DNA of 64,000 nt. Source: an uncultured Spirochaetota bacterium (GTDB lineage: Bacteria > Spirochaetota > Spirochaetia > SZUA-6 > Fen-1364). The notes under the pieces are model-generated. The model saw only the letters and a list, made by a program, of their open reading frames with translations, was not told the origin of the DNA and made no database searches. Positions within the stretch are counted from its first letter, which is position 1. Every line of letters begins with the position of its first letter. The translations under genes and the position numbers were made by a program. The stretch is taken from contig CAVUXE010000003.1 of NCBI GenBank assembly GCA_963745235.1, positions 32,001 through 96,000 on the forward strand. The letters run 5' to 3'. This document shows positions 10,278-21,283 of the stretch, piece after piece.

Positions 10278-11381
10278 TCAGGGCGAAATATACGAGTCGA
10301 AGGCTACTTTTCCTCCCGTGACGTGCTCAACAACAACACCTTTCAGGGGGGTGTGGCTAGCATTCATGGCGATTGTGCCGGTCACCCCCACAAAGGAGAT
10401 CTTTTCCAGCGCGGCACGCACGGCGTCGGTGTTGTCGACCCCGGCGTCGCGGATTGCCGTCAGGAGCAGGTTCGCTGTGTCATAAGAAAGTGCGGCGGCG
10501 AAGCTCGGCGCGTCACTGTACTTTGCGCGATAAGCCTTCACGAAGGCCTGTGCTTCCGGCCGCGGGTCATCCGGCCTGTAATGGGTCGTGAAGTAGCTGC
10601 CATCCGCCGCCTTTGGGTCCAGTGAGGCGTCGTCCCAGCCGTCCCCGCCCATGAAGGTGGCGGTGATCCCTTTCTCTCTGGCCTGCCGCGTGACAAGGTT
10701 CACGATCTGGAGGGAGAGTGCGGAAAGATAGACCAGGTCGGGCCGGGCGCTCCTGATCCGGGCAAGGGTATCGGTGAAATCAGTATCCGTGACGGAATAG
10801 CGCGCCGTTCCCAGCACGGCGCCGCCGAGTCTCGTGAAGCTTGCGGAAAAGATATCCGCAAGGTCGCTGATGTAGACATTGGTGGGATCCACCATGATGA
10901 ATGCCTTCCGTGCCTTCAAGTTCCTGACCGCAAAAGAAGCAGCCAACCTTCCCTGAGTCGCATCGTCAAAGCAGGCTCGAAAGACATAGGGCTTGGGAGC
11001 TCCATGCGTGTCCACAGTCACCGCGGCAACCGTGGAAGTCGGCGTGATCTGAATGACTTTCGCCGCGTTGGCAACCTCGGATACCGCGATGGACAGGGGT
11101 GAAAAGATGTCCCCGATGATGTAGCTGGCATGATCCTTCATTATGACATCCTTCGCTGCCTCGACAGCGGAATCCACGTCGTCAACGCTGGTGCCCTTCA
11201 TGACCATCGTGATCTGTCTCCCCAGCACTCCTCCTCTGGCATTCCACTCATCGATTGCGAGCTGGGCCCCTTCTTGCGCGCCTCCCAGGGAGGCCAGCAC
11301 GGCGATCTTCAAAGGCGCCCTCTGGCAGCCCATTATCAGGGCGAAAGTAAGAGGGACCAGGATCAAGGCTTGACGCTTCAT
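10278..11381 (-). CDS. LivJ/LivK-type ABC substrate-binding lipoprotein (paralog 2)
   Basis: NARGGVLGRQI, YVFRACFDDATQG, YDTANLLLTAI, FVGVTGTI; signal ending LIMGC; clearly homologous to 9129-10271. Confidence 0.9.
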   Translation of the reverse strand: MKRQALILVPLTFALIMGCQRAPLKIAVLASLGGAQEGAQLAIDEWNARGGVLGRQITMVMKGTSVDDVDSAVEAAKDVIMKDHASYIIGDIFSPLSIAVSEVANAAKVIQITPTSTVAAVTVDTHGAPKPYVFRACFDDATQGRLAASFAVRNLKARKAFIMVDPTNVYISDLADIFSASFTRLGGAVLGTARYSVTDTDFTDTLARIRSARPDLVYLSALSLQIVNLVTRQAREKGITATFMGGDGWDDASLDPKAADGSYFTTHYRPDDPRPEAQAFVKAYRAKYSDAPSFAAALSYDTANLLLTAIRDAGVDNTDAVRAALEKISFVGVTGTIAMNASHTPLKGVVVEHVTGGKVAFDSYISP

Positions 11382-11429
11382 GGGAACCTCCGCTCGCCCT
11401 GCTGATGCCCCCGACCGACAGAAGTGCTG

Positions 11430-12911
11430 CTAACTTTTTACCCGGTCGTTTCTGCCCCAGGCGTCCAGCACTCGCCAACCTCCCGCCTCTTTCTCCATTG
11501 TGAATGTGAAGTCGTCAAGATAGTCCCCTGTTTCCAGGAGGAGGCGCACAACGGCCGTGTCTCCGGAGACGGTTATCGCCGGGTCGTAGAAGGTCTGGAA
11601 CTTGAACATGCCGAAGTCCTGCTCTATGACGCGTTGGCAATACGGTGATGCAACCGGAAACTTAGTATACCAGCATGTCCGCGGCATGTAGAGTCCGCCC
11701 TGTACAAACACTGAAAGCATCCCTTGCAGGCTGTGAGAGTTGAACCCATTCTCGAATTGGATCAAGGTATCGAGGATTCGTGCCTCATCCGCGTTCCTGA
11801 CCCTGTATTCCGTCAGGTAGAGCGAGCCATACCTCTTCCCCGGGTCCTGCCCTGTTGCGCCCAGCAGCGCCGCGGCAAGAAGCAGGAGCGCGGCAAGGCC
11901 GGACAAGGCGAGGCACTTTTTCACGGATTTTCGTTCTCCGACGATTGTTCGGATCCTGTCTTTGAGGATCTTTTTCCTTCCTCCCGAGAAGCTGAGCCCC
12001 GCGAACAGCGCCGGTTCCCGGCACAGCTGCGCCGCATCCAGGATGCAGGCCGCGTACGCTTGCGGACGAACTCCGCTTTCGATCACCGCTTCATCGCATG
12101 CTTTTTCCTGCTCCAGATAGAGCCGCGCGTAAGCGGCCCAGACCGGCGGCACGAACCACAGGAGAGAGCAGATCCAGTACGCGATGGCAAGCGTGCATGA
12201 GTCTCCACGCCTGACGTGACGAAGCTCGTGGAGCAGGACGGATTGCCTGCCAGCCGGGGACCATCCCCTGATGCCGGACGGCAGGAAGATGACCGGGCGG
12301 ATTATTCCGCGAGTCATCGGAGTGACGCAGAGCTCGCTCTCCACCACGCTGACCTTCCGGCGGATGCCGATGCGCCGGGAAAGACCCCGGACCATGCGCT
12401 CGTATCCGCGCGTCGTGTCACGGGTTTTTCGTGAAAGACCCAGGAGCTGGAGCCTGCCCCGGATGATTCGTAACCATCCCGCCGCGGCGCCCGCGATCCA
12501 GGCGAGCATGGCGACTGACGGCCAGAGGCTGAGCCACACCTGACCCGTCGATATCTGGCGCCATTCCCGGGCCGCCAGGGGAGGCATGCCTCCCGACAAT
12601 CCGAAGGTCCCCGACGATGGAAGCAGCGCGGAGGAAAGCGCGGCAAGAGCGCCGTGGGTGCCGGGCGCACTGTGTGGGAGAGGCACGTGGAAAACCGGTC
12701 CCGTGAGCGTCAGCGCGAAAATGACGAGGCTGCCTGCGATGGCGGACAGCCAGAGGATGTGCCTCAGCTTCGCGGACGCTTGCTTCAAGATCCACAGGGC
12801 GCCGAATGATACGGCAAGCAGGATTGACACCCTGAAGCAGGCCAACAGGAGGGCCGGAATGAACGGGAGCGCCGTCCGGGCGGCCGCCAGGAGAATGGAG
12901 GGCTCTGTCAT
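11430..12911 (-). CDS. BlaR1/MecR1-like M56 metallopeptidase with a C-terminal NTF2/SnoaL-like extracytoplasmic domain
   Basis: N-terminal TMs, LRHILW, PMTRGIIRPVIFLP, HELRH, EKACDEAV, LKDRI, a further TM, then about 135 aa ending ITVSGDTAVV...FTMEKEAGGWRV (NTF2-like pattern, inferred). Confidence 0.88.
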   Translation of the reverse strand: MTEPSILLAAARTALPFIPALLLACFRVSILLAVSFGALWILKQASAKLRHILWLSAIAGSLVIFALTLTGPVFHVPLPHSAPGTHGALAALSSALLPSSGTFGLSGGMPPLAAREWRQISTGQVWLSLWPSVAMLAWIAGAAAGWLRIIRGRLQLLGLSRKTRDTTRGYERMVRGLSRRIGIRRKVSVVESELCVTPMTRGIIRPVIFLPSGIRGWSPAGRQSVLLHELRHVRRGDSCTLAIAYWICSLLWFVPPVWAAYARLYLEQEKACDEAVIESGVRPQAYAACILDAAQLCREPALFAGLSFSGGRKKILKDRIRTIVGERKSVKKCLALSGLAALLLLAAALLGATGQDPGKRYGSLYLTEYRVRNADEARILDTLIQFENGFNSHSLQGMLSVFVQGGLYMPRTCWYTKFPVASPYCQRVIEQDFGMFKFQTFYDPAITVSGDTAVVRLLLETGDYLDDFTFTMEKEAGGWRVLDAWGRNDRVKS

Positions 12912-13291
12912 GACGAGTCACCTTTCTTCGACTGCTCGATGACCTGGATGAGCTCGCGCACGTCCTCATCGCTCAGGTCCCCGGCATGCAGCGCCACCAT
13001 TGCGGCCACGGCCCGGGGAAGCGAGTCTCCGAAGTAGGTGCTGAGAAGGCTCTTCACCGCGCCCCGGACAGCCTTCGTGCGCGGGGCGGTCGGACTATAG
13101 ATGTACTTCTTGCCGCGCTTGACGTGCTTGAGGTGCCCTTTGCGCTCGAGCACATTCACGATGACGCGCACCGCCGAGTAGCTTGCCGGTTCGGGCATTG
13201 CGGCCCGGATCTCCTCCACTGACGCGCTGGAGCCGCGGTAGATGATTTCCATGACCTGCCGCTCCCGCCTGCTCAGAGCCGAATGAAGCAA
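12908..13291 (-). CDS. BlaI/MecI/CopY family transcriptional repressor
   Basis: LSRRERQVMEIIY...SYSAVRVIVNVLERKGHL...YIYSP...LLSTYFGDS. TTG start at 13291 with GGAGGG RBS; ATGA overlap with the M56 gene. Confidence 0.92.
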   Translation of the reverse strand: MLHSALSRRERQVMEIIYRGSSASVEEIRAAMPEPASYSAVRVIVNVLERKGHLKHVKRGKKYIYSPTAPRTKAVRGAVKSLLSTYFGDSLPRAVAAMVALHAGDLSDEDVRELIQVIEQSKKGDSS

Positions 13292-13305
13292 TGACCCTCC
13301 TCTCG

Positions 13306-13341
13306 TGCTTAATTTTGAGCATAAAATCGAGGGGGTGTCAA
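13306..13341 (-). promoter_or_regulatory. Promoter and autoregulatory operator of the blaI-like operon
   Basis: Minus strand reads TTGACA (13341-13336), 14 bp, then TGCTCAAAATTAAGCA (13321-13306). Same geometry as 8346-8381. Confidence 0.75.
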
Positions 13342-13434
13342 GACGGCGGGTGTCACGACGGCGCGGCAATTGACGCGTCTCCCGCGGCCGAGATAAAGTT
13401 TCCTGTTTCCCTCGATCACGTTCGATCACTTTCG

Positions 13435-16400
13435 ATGAGACGCCTGGGAATAGATATCGGGTCCCTCACCCTCTCCATGGTCCTCCTCGAGGAGGGGCGG
13501 ATCGTGGCACGGCACTCCTGCGCGCACGAGGGGAGGCCGGGCCCCCTCGTGAAGTCACTGGTCGACCGCGCTCCTTTCTTTCCCTGGGAATGCGCGGGAG
13601 TGACGGGAAGCCTCGCGGGCGCGGGCAAGGGAATCATCGACAACACCCTGGCGACCATCGAGGGAGCTCGCAGGCTCCTTCCCACCTGCGGCAACCTCAT
13701 CGCGATGGGAGGCCAGAGCTTCTCTCTCATCCTTCTTGATGGCGACGGCCGCTACATCGAGCACGTGTCCAACCCGCCGTGTGCGTCAGGCACCGGTTCA
13801 TTCCTGGAGCAGCAAGCCGAGCGGTTGGGGCTCGGCATCCAGGACTTTGCGGAGCGCGCTGCCGCCTTCTCGGGGGAGATTCCGAGGATAGCGACACGCT
13901 GCGCGGTCTTTGCAAAGACGGACATCGTTCACGCAATGCAGGAAGGCTACTGCCTGGACGCCATCTGCGCCGGACTGTGCGAGGGAATTGCCCGCAGCAT
14001 GCTGGACATGCTCCTCAAGGGAAGACGGTTGTCGCCGCCTGTCGGCCTGGTGGGCGGAGTTGCCCTCAATGAGAAGATCGTACAGACCATCGGCCGGATC
14101 CTCGGGATGACAGTGGCGGTCCCTGAGGACTGCCAGTACGCCGGGGCGCTCGGCGCCGCTCTCCTGGGATCGGATGCGACCCTCGGAGACCTGCATCCGG
14201 CGCGCGGGGGCCGCGCGGTCCGACAGCCCCTTCCCAGCGTGCTTGCCGACTACCCTTCCCTTGACGGTTTCGACGTCTCCCTGCGGGATGACGTGGAAGT
14301 ATTCAGACCACGGGAGCGCCCCGACGGAGACGGCTTCTTCCTCGGCATCGACATAGGCTCTACGAGCACGAAGGCGGTGCTCGTAGGCGCCGACGGGAAG
14401 ATCGGAGACGGGTTCTACACTCGCACGAGCGGAGATCCCGTGGGCGCCGTGCAGCGGTTGCTCACGGCCGTGGAAGGCGTGCGCGGCGGCGACGCACCAC
14501 GCCTTCTCGGAGTAGCCACAACGGGGTCCGGCCGGTCCATCATCCGCCACGTGTTCCAGGCTGACCGCGAGATGAACGAGATCACGGCCCACGCAAAGGC
14601 CGCGGTTTTCCTCCAGCCGGACGTGGACACCATCATCGAGATAGGAGGGCAGGACTCGAAGTTCACGCGCATCAGGGACGGCGAGGTGTACTTCTCCACG
14701 ATGAACTACGTCTGCGCGGCGGGCACGGGGAGCTTCATCGAGGAGCAGGCAAAGAGGCTGGGCGCAAGCCTTGCGGATTTCTCTGACATGGCCCTTTCCG
14801 AGCCCGCGCCTTTCACGAGCGACCGGTGCACTGTCTACATGGAGCGGGACCTCGCGGCACTGGTCGGGGAAGGATGGCCGCGGGAGACCCTGGCCGCGGC
14901 CGTCCTGCACTCTGTGCGGGACAATTACCTCTCCAAGGTCGTAGGCAAGAGCGCCCTGGGAGAGACCATCGTTTTTCAGGGGGCCACCGCGCGCAACAAG
15001 GCGCTGGTGGCCGCCTTCGAGCAGCACCTGGGCAAGCCGCTGCACGTGTCTCCGTGGTGCCACCTGACGGGCGCGGTCGGCGCCGCTCTTCTCTGCCGCG
15101 AGGAGGGACTGGCAGCTTCCCGCTTCCTCTGGGAGACGGGACCGATTGCACTCGAATCAGAAGAATGCCGGCTGTGCGCGAACCACTGCCGCCTTACGGT
15201 CATGGACCGCGGCGGCCTTCGCAGCGGCTGGGGAATGAAGTGCGGGCGCGAATACGCGGACAGAAAGCCTCTGCGGCCGGCGGGCCGGACCTCCTCAGTC
15301 TCCTCTATCATAGAGAGGTTCCAGGAAGCCATGCAGCCCCTCTACCAGCAACCAGAGGCGCTCTCCCAATCCGCCCAGCGCAGGAAGTCGATCTCAATCG
15401 GTGTGCCCCGCAGCCTGTACAACGTTTCCTACGAGCCGCTGTGGCACAGCTTCCTTTCCCGCCTTGGGTTCTCCGTGGCCGGCTCGGACCAGCGCACGGG
15501 CGCCCGGGAAGCCGGAACAGAGCTCGTGAACTCTGATTTCTGCGCTCCCATGGTCCTCTCCCATGGTCATGTCAGACGCCTGGTAGACGCGGGGGCAGAC
15601 TTTGTCTTCCTGCCGGGCAGTGGAGAACAGCGCAGAGGGACCCGAGCCGATCCGCTCCACGTTCCGCAGAAGGGACTCGGACAGCGCGTACTGCTACTAC
15701 TCCCAGTACCTGCCGTCGGTTGTCGGGAAGCTGCCGGGCATTCCCCGTCTCAGAGCGCCTCATCTCGCCGCTGCTGCCGCTTCGTGAAAGAAGCCCTGAG
15801 GAGACAAGCGGACTCCTCCATGACGCTCTTGCGGCGAAGGTCCCCGGCTTGACCCGTGAGGAGACGCAGCAGGCATTCACGGAGGCAAACGCCCTTTTCA
15901 CGGCGGCGCGGACACGGCTCGCGGGGAGTTTCCAGCGTGCAGGAAATGACGAGAGTGGGCTGCGCATCCTCCTGCTGGGCAGGCCCTACGTTGTTTTCGA
16001 TGAGAGCCTGAGCCTCTCCCTGCCGCAGACTTTCGAAGAGCTGGGGGCCGCGGTGTTCTGGCAGGAGGAGCTTGACCTGGAGGGCTTCGCGCTGACGTAC
16101 GGGGCCCAGTACCTGGAGCGCATGCACTGGCATTACGGCAAGCTCATCGTGAGAGCCGCTGAGTTCGCGGCTCGCACGGAGAACCTGTTCCCCGTCTTTC
16201 TGACCTGCTTCCGATGCAGCCCGGATTCCTTCCTGATGAGCTACGTGAAGGACATCCTGACCCATTTCGGAAAGCCATTCCTGTTCCTCCAGCTCGACTC
16301 CCACGCTTCGGACGTCGGCTACCTGACCCGGATCGAGGCCGCCCTGCATTCGTTCCGCAACTACCGCAAGGGGGAAAAAGCCGCGCGAAAGGCGCCATTG

Positions 16401-17651
16401 CCCCCTGCCGTCGTCCACGCCCGGAATGACAGCCTCTCTGCAGGTGACACAATCCTCATCCCGGCCATCGACACGCTGATCAGCCGGTTCTGGGGTGATG
16501 TCTTCTCGCGCATGGGCCACCCCGTCGTCCTCCTGGAGGCGGGGGCCACCGCGCTGAACACCGGTTATCGTTTCGCGAGCGGCGGTGAGTGCATGCCCCT
16601 GGTCTCCATCGTGGGAGCGGCCATCGAGAGGATCCGGGATGGAGCCCTCGACCCTTCCAGGACATTCTTTTTCATGCCTACCTCGCCTTTCTCCTGCAAC
16701 ATGCCGCAGTTCCCGGTGTTTTCCGACATGGCATTTCGCGCGGCCGGCATCCGGGGCTTGAAGATCGGCCAGCTGAACTTCATGGCCCTCGGGGACACGC
16801 TTCCACAGACACTCGCCGGGAAGGTCCTGGAGACCTACATCGTCGCGTGCCTTCTGTACAAGCTGACATCCAGGATCAGGCCGTACGAGAAAAGGCGGGG
16901 GGACACGGACCACGCCCTTTGCCATGCGGAAGCCAGAATCCGCGCGGCCATCATGTCCGGCGGAGACTTGCGCTCTTCGCTTGCCGGATGTGTCGAGCTT
17001 TTCCGCGGAGTCGAGCGGGACGAGTCAGCAGGCCGCAAGCCGCGCATCGCGCTGCTCGGGGACCTGTACGTGAAGTACAACGCCGTGTTGAACGAGGGCA
17101 TCCAGTCCCTCGTTGAAGCCCTCGGCGGAGAGATGGTCATCTCATCAATGACGGAGTACCCGGCCCACCTGCTGGACATCGGCGCGCGCCGCTACGGTGA
17201 GGACCCCCGTTCGGCACGGATCCTCAAGACCGTGGAACAGCGCTATGAAAAGCTCGCTGAGGACCTGATTGGAGACCAGGCGGAGCCCGACTTCGCGGAG
17301 TGCGTGAGGCTGATGAAGGAAAACGGCTTCTCCCACTACATCGCCGGTGAGACGTCGATCAACGTCGGAAGGGCGCTGTGGTATTGCGCTCACCACGCCG
17401 TGGAGGCAATTGTCCATGTCAATCCCATGTTCTGCTGCCCCGGTGTCGTCACGGCCTCCCTGTTCCGCAAGATCCAGGCGGACTTTGGAGTTCCCCTCAT
17501 CGACATCTTTTTTGACGGGACGGGAAGCACGTCGCGAGTGCTCATCCCGCACTTGCACTACCTGCGGCCGGCAAGGACAGGCGCGGCCGTGATATACTCG
17601 AGCTCACAAGGTAATGTCCATGAAAAAGACCATTCGTCTGCTGATCGCTGA
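13435..17651 (+). CDS. Large acyl-CoA dehydratase activase-related fusion (2x BcrAD/BadFG ASKHA ATPase, DUF2229 and HgdD-like C-terminus); frameshifts near 15615 and 15740
   Basis: LGIDIGS...CASGTGSFLEQQA...RCAVF; second GIDIGSTSTK...IEIGGQDSK...CAAGTGSFIEEQA...RCTVY; CRLCANHC; FCAPMVLSHGH; CFRCSPDSF; GGECMP; NPMFCC. The bridging frame reads VENSAE...AYCYYSQYLP. Confidence 0.85.
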
Positions 17652-18295
17652 CGATCACGGCATTGTCCGCAAGGGCATCAAGGCCCTCCTGGCCACGGAG
17701 AAAGACATGCAGGTTGTCGGGGAGGCGGAGAACGGCGCCCAGGCCCTGGAGAAGGCCGCGGCCCTGAAGCCGGATGTCGTCCTGATGGACCTCGTGATGC
17801 CGGAGATGGACGGGATAGAGGCGACGCGCCGGATCACCGCGGAGCAGCCCGGCACCAGGATCCTTGTCCTCACGAGCTTCGCCGCTGATGACAAGGTCTT
17901 CCCGGCAGTCAAGGCCGGCGCCCTCGGATACCTGTTGAAGGACTCGACTCCCGAGCAGCTCCTGGAGGCAATCCGCCAGGTCTACCGGGGCGAGCCTTCC
18001 CTGGAACCCTCCATCGCGCGCAAGGTGCTGCAGGAGCTGTCCCATCCCGGCCAGGGCAAGCAGACAGCGGAACCGCTCACCGAGAGAGAGCTGGAAGTGC
18101 TGCGGCTCATCGCGCAGGGAATGAGCAACAAGGACATCGCGGCAAAGATCTTCGTCGCGGAGTGGACCGTGCGCAGCCATGTCAGCAACATCCTTGGCAA
18201 GCTTCACCTGGCCGAGCCGGACGCAGGCCGCCCTCTATGCCCTTCGCTCGGGCATAGCGTCCCTTTCCGACGCGTCGGCTTCCGATCACGCCTGA
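17620..18295 (+). CDS. NarL/FixJ family DNA-binding response regulator (frameshift near 18214)
   Basis: LIADDH, LMDLVMP, YLLKD, LTERELEVL...HVSNILGKL. Removing one base at 18214 restores SRTQAALYA and a stop at 18295. Confidence 0.9.
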
Positions 18296-18352
18296 GACAA
18301 TCACACATTTTATCGATGCAAGCAGGCGGCGGGGCGGACCTATACTCGTATC

Positions 18353-18721
18353 GTGAGAATCATCATCGCCGACGACCAGAAGCACACGAGAAACGGCTTG
18401 CGGGCCGTGCTTTCGGCGTGCCTGGATGCGCCCGAGATATGGGAAGCGACCACGGGGCTTGAAGCGGAGCATCTCGCGGAGGCGGTTCACCCTCATCTCA
18501 TCGTGATGGACATCCGCATGCCGGGCCGTGACGGGCTGTCCGCCACCAGGCGGATCAAGTCCGAGCACCCGGAGATCAAGGTCCTGGTGCTGTCCCTGCG
18601 CGCCGATGGCTCGCGGGATGCGCTGGCCGCCGGGGCGGACGCGTTCGTGAGCAAGGGCGAGAGCCCCCAGCGGCTCCTCGCCGCAATAGCGGAGCTTGCG
18701 GACGGGCGCCCCCGGCCGTAG
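18353..18721 (+). CDS. Single-domain response regulator (REC only)
   Basis: IIIADD, VMDIRMPGRDG, AFVSK; no output domain. Confidence 0.88.
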   Translation: MRIIIADDQKHTRNGLRAVLSACLDAPEIWEATTGLEAEHLAEAVHPHLIVMDIRMPGRDGLSATRRIKSEHPEIKVLVLSLRADGSRDALAAGADAFVSKGESPQRLLAAIAELADGRPRP

Positions 18722-18732
18722 TATCGGAGGTC

Positions 18733-21073
18733 ATGCGGCGGAGAGTCAGTCGGGAAGCTTTTTCCCTCGCGGAAACGGATCTCCAGACGTGGAGGACGCG
18801 GGCGCTGAGCCTTGTCCTGGTTGTCGTGGCAGTTGCGGGCCTGCCGGCCTTCTTCACCGTCGTCGCAAACGCATATCTCAGCGACAGGTTGTCCCCGCTG
18901 CTCATCGCCTATTCCACGGTCTACATCGGCTTTGTTGCGCTGGCCATACTGCGGCGGGTCCCCATCGCAATCAGGACCTGGCTCTTCATTGGCCTCGCCT
19001 ACGTCATTGCCGCGGCCAGCTTCGCCAGGGTCGGCCTGGTTGGAAGCGGGAGGCTGTACCTGGTCTTCCTTCCTGCGCTCGCCATCGTTCTGGTAGGGCA
19101 GCGCGCGGGCTACCTGTGCCTCGGCGTGAGCCTCTTCGAGTTTGCCATTTTTACCGAGATAGCCAGGCTCGGTTTCCTGTCGAAGTGGCTCACCGAGACT
19201 GCCAACCCCGTTGACGTCGGGACCTGGATAGAGTCCGGGGCGGCCCTCGCGGTGATCCTCCTGACCCTGAGCGTGCTGCTGGAGCGCTTCTTTACGCGGC
19301 ACGTGTTCACGCTCGAAGTGAGTCACAAGATCAGGGGCGAGCTGGAGAAGGCATACAGGGCGCTCAAGCAGCGCGTCACGGAACGCACACGCGAGCTTGC
19401 ACTGCTGAACTCAGTGGCGGCGGTGGCAAGCGGGCTCACCGATATCCGCCGGATCCTGACGGTGTCCCTGGAGAAGACCCTGGAGGCGTTCGGGATCGAG
19501 GCCGGGGGCGCATACGGAATGGAGGAAGACACCGGCACCATGGTCATGCTTGCTCATACGGGGCTGTCGGAAAACTTTCTTCGGCAGATGGAGCGGCTGG
19601 TCCTCAAGGATGCCCTGGCGGGCAGGCAGCTCAGCCTGGAGGAGCCGCTCGCCTGGGGCATCGACGAGGTCCCGGACGGGCCCATGCGGCAGTTCCTGGT
19701 TGATGAGGGGCTGCGGTGGATCATCGGGGTCCCCCTGGTGGCCAAAGGGAAGCTTGTCGGCGGGCTGATCGCCAACTCCCGGTCCGAGCGGATGCTTACC
19801 CCTGAGGAAGGGTCCCTCCTCATTGCCGTCGGTCAGCAGATCGGGCTTGCCATGGAGAATGCCCGGCTCCTGGAAACGCAGCGCGCGCAGCGTGAGGAGG
19901 AGGAGAAACGCCGCAAAGTTGCCGAAGGGATGCGGGAGATACTGGCCATCCTCAACTCCAACCGGCAGCCCCAGGAAACCCTGGATTTCGTCATCTCCCA
20001 GGCCTGCCCGGCTCATGGAGTGCGACGCCTCCTCGCTCTTCCAGATCGAGGCACCTGAGGGCCAGCTTCGACTCCGGGCAGCCTGCGGTGTGGACATGGC
20101 CGCGGTAACAACCATCCGCCTTGCCCTGGGCGAGGGCGCGGTTGAAAGAGCATTCCGCTGGAAGCAGCCCATTACCGTCCAGGACACCGAGGCATACATC
20201 GAGTGGCAGAAGCAGGAGTCGAACCCCGAGTTCGCTGAGGATTTGAGCGGGCTGGAGCTGCTCATGGACCAGGGATTCAGGGCAATCCTTGCGGTGCCTC
20301 TGATCGTCTCCGGCGCGACCTACGGCGGTATCACGTTGTACTACCGGGAGCCGCGGAGCTTCACTGAGGAGGACATCTCCCTCGCCATGGCCATCGGCCG
20401 ACAGGCTGCCCTGGCCATCGAGAACGCGCAGCTGCGGGCCCAGGCCGAACAGAGCGCCGCATTCGCGGAGCGAAACCGCCTTGCCCGTGAGCTCCATGAC
20501 TCGGTGACGCAGTCCCTGTACAGCGTGACGCTGTATGCCGAGGCTGCCGCGCGCCTGCTCCAGGGCGGGCAGAGCGCGGAGGCAGCGGGGCACCTTCGAG
20601 ACCTGGGCACCACGGCCCGGGAAGCGCTTCGCGAAATGCGCCTCCTCATCTTCGAATTGAGCCCCCCCGCCCTGGAGGGCGGCAGCCTGGCGGAAGCAAT
20701 CCAGACGAGGCTGGACGCCGTTGAGGCGCGCGGCGGCATGACGGTCAACTTCCGCGTGGAGGGAGACGAATGCCTTTCCGCGAAGACCCGGCAGGAGCTC
20801 TACCAGATTGCGCAGGAAGCGCTGAACAACGCCTTGAAGCATTCCCGTGCCCAGGCCGTGCGGATTCTCCTCATCCACGGCGGGGCCCAGACCCGGTTGG
20901 AGATCAGTGATGACGGGGTCGGCTTTCGCATGGAACAGGCGCAAAAAAGCGGCGGCCTGGGGCTGAGGGGAATGACGGAGAGGGTGGAAAGGATCAGCGG
21001 CACCCTCTCGGTTGACAGCGTCCCCGGCGGCGGGACAAAGGTGACCGTGGTGGCACCTTCGGCGCGCGCGTAG
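18733..21073 (+). CDS. Membrane sensor histidine kinase, TM-GAF-GAF-HisKA_3-HATPase (frameshift near 20008)
   Basis: 5-6 TMs, two GAF domains (GVPLVAKGKLVG; AVPLIVSG), ERNRLARELHDSVTQ, EALNNALKH, DDGVGF, GLGLRGM; split across two ORFs. Confidence 0.88.
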
Positions 21074-21247
21074 CGACGCGGCGCGTGCCGAGCCACCGGG
21101 TGAGGTGACCCGAACCGTGTGACCGGCGGCCGAACGGCTTTGGATAGCGTGGTGTAAGTAGCGCTTCTTTACAACGCGCGAACTTGAAGAGCACTTGGAT
21201 GCAGCTATCGGCGGAAAACGGCAAGCATCCGAGGGGCGAAAAAACAC

Positions 21248-21283
21248 TTGCAGTCATAGCTACACAGATGTATAGTACCTGCC
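21248..21283 (+). promoter_or_regulatory. Sigma70-type promoter giving a probable leaderless transcript, with a palindrome in the spacer
   Basis: TTGCAG-17 bp-TATAGT, 7 bp before ATG 21284; no SD; TACACAGATGTA palindrome at 21261-21272. Confidence 0.55.

Noticed and set aside
11430-13291. Classical beta-lactam resistance (bla/mec) locus
   Set aside because: There is no beta-lactamase or PBP gene, no penicillin-binding sensor domain and no TACA-N2-TGTA operator.
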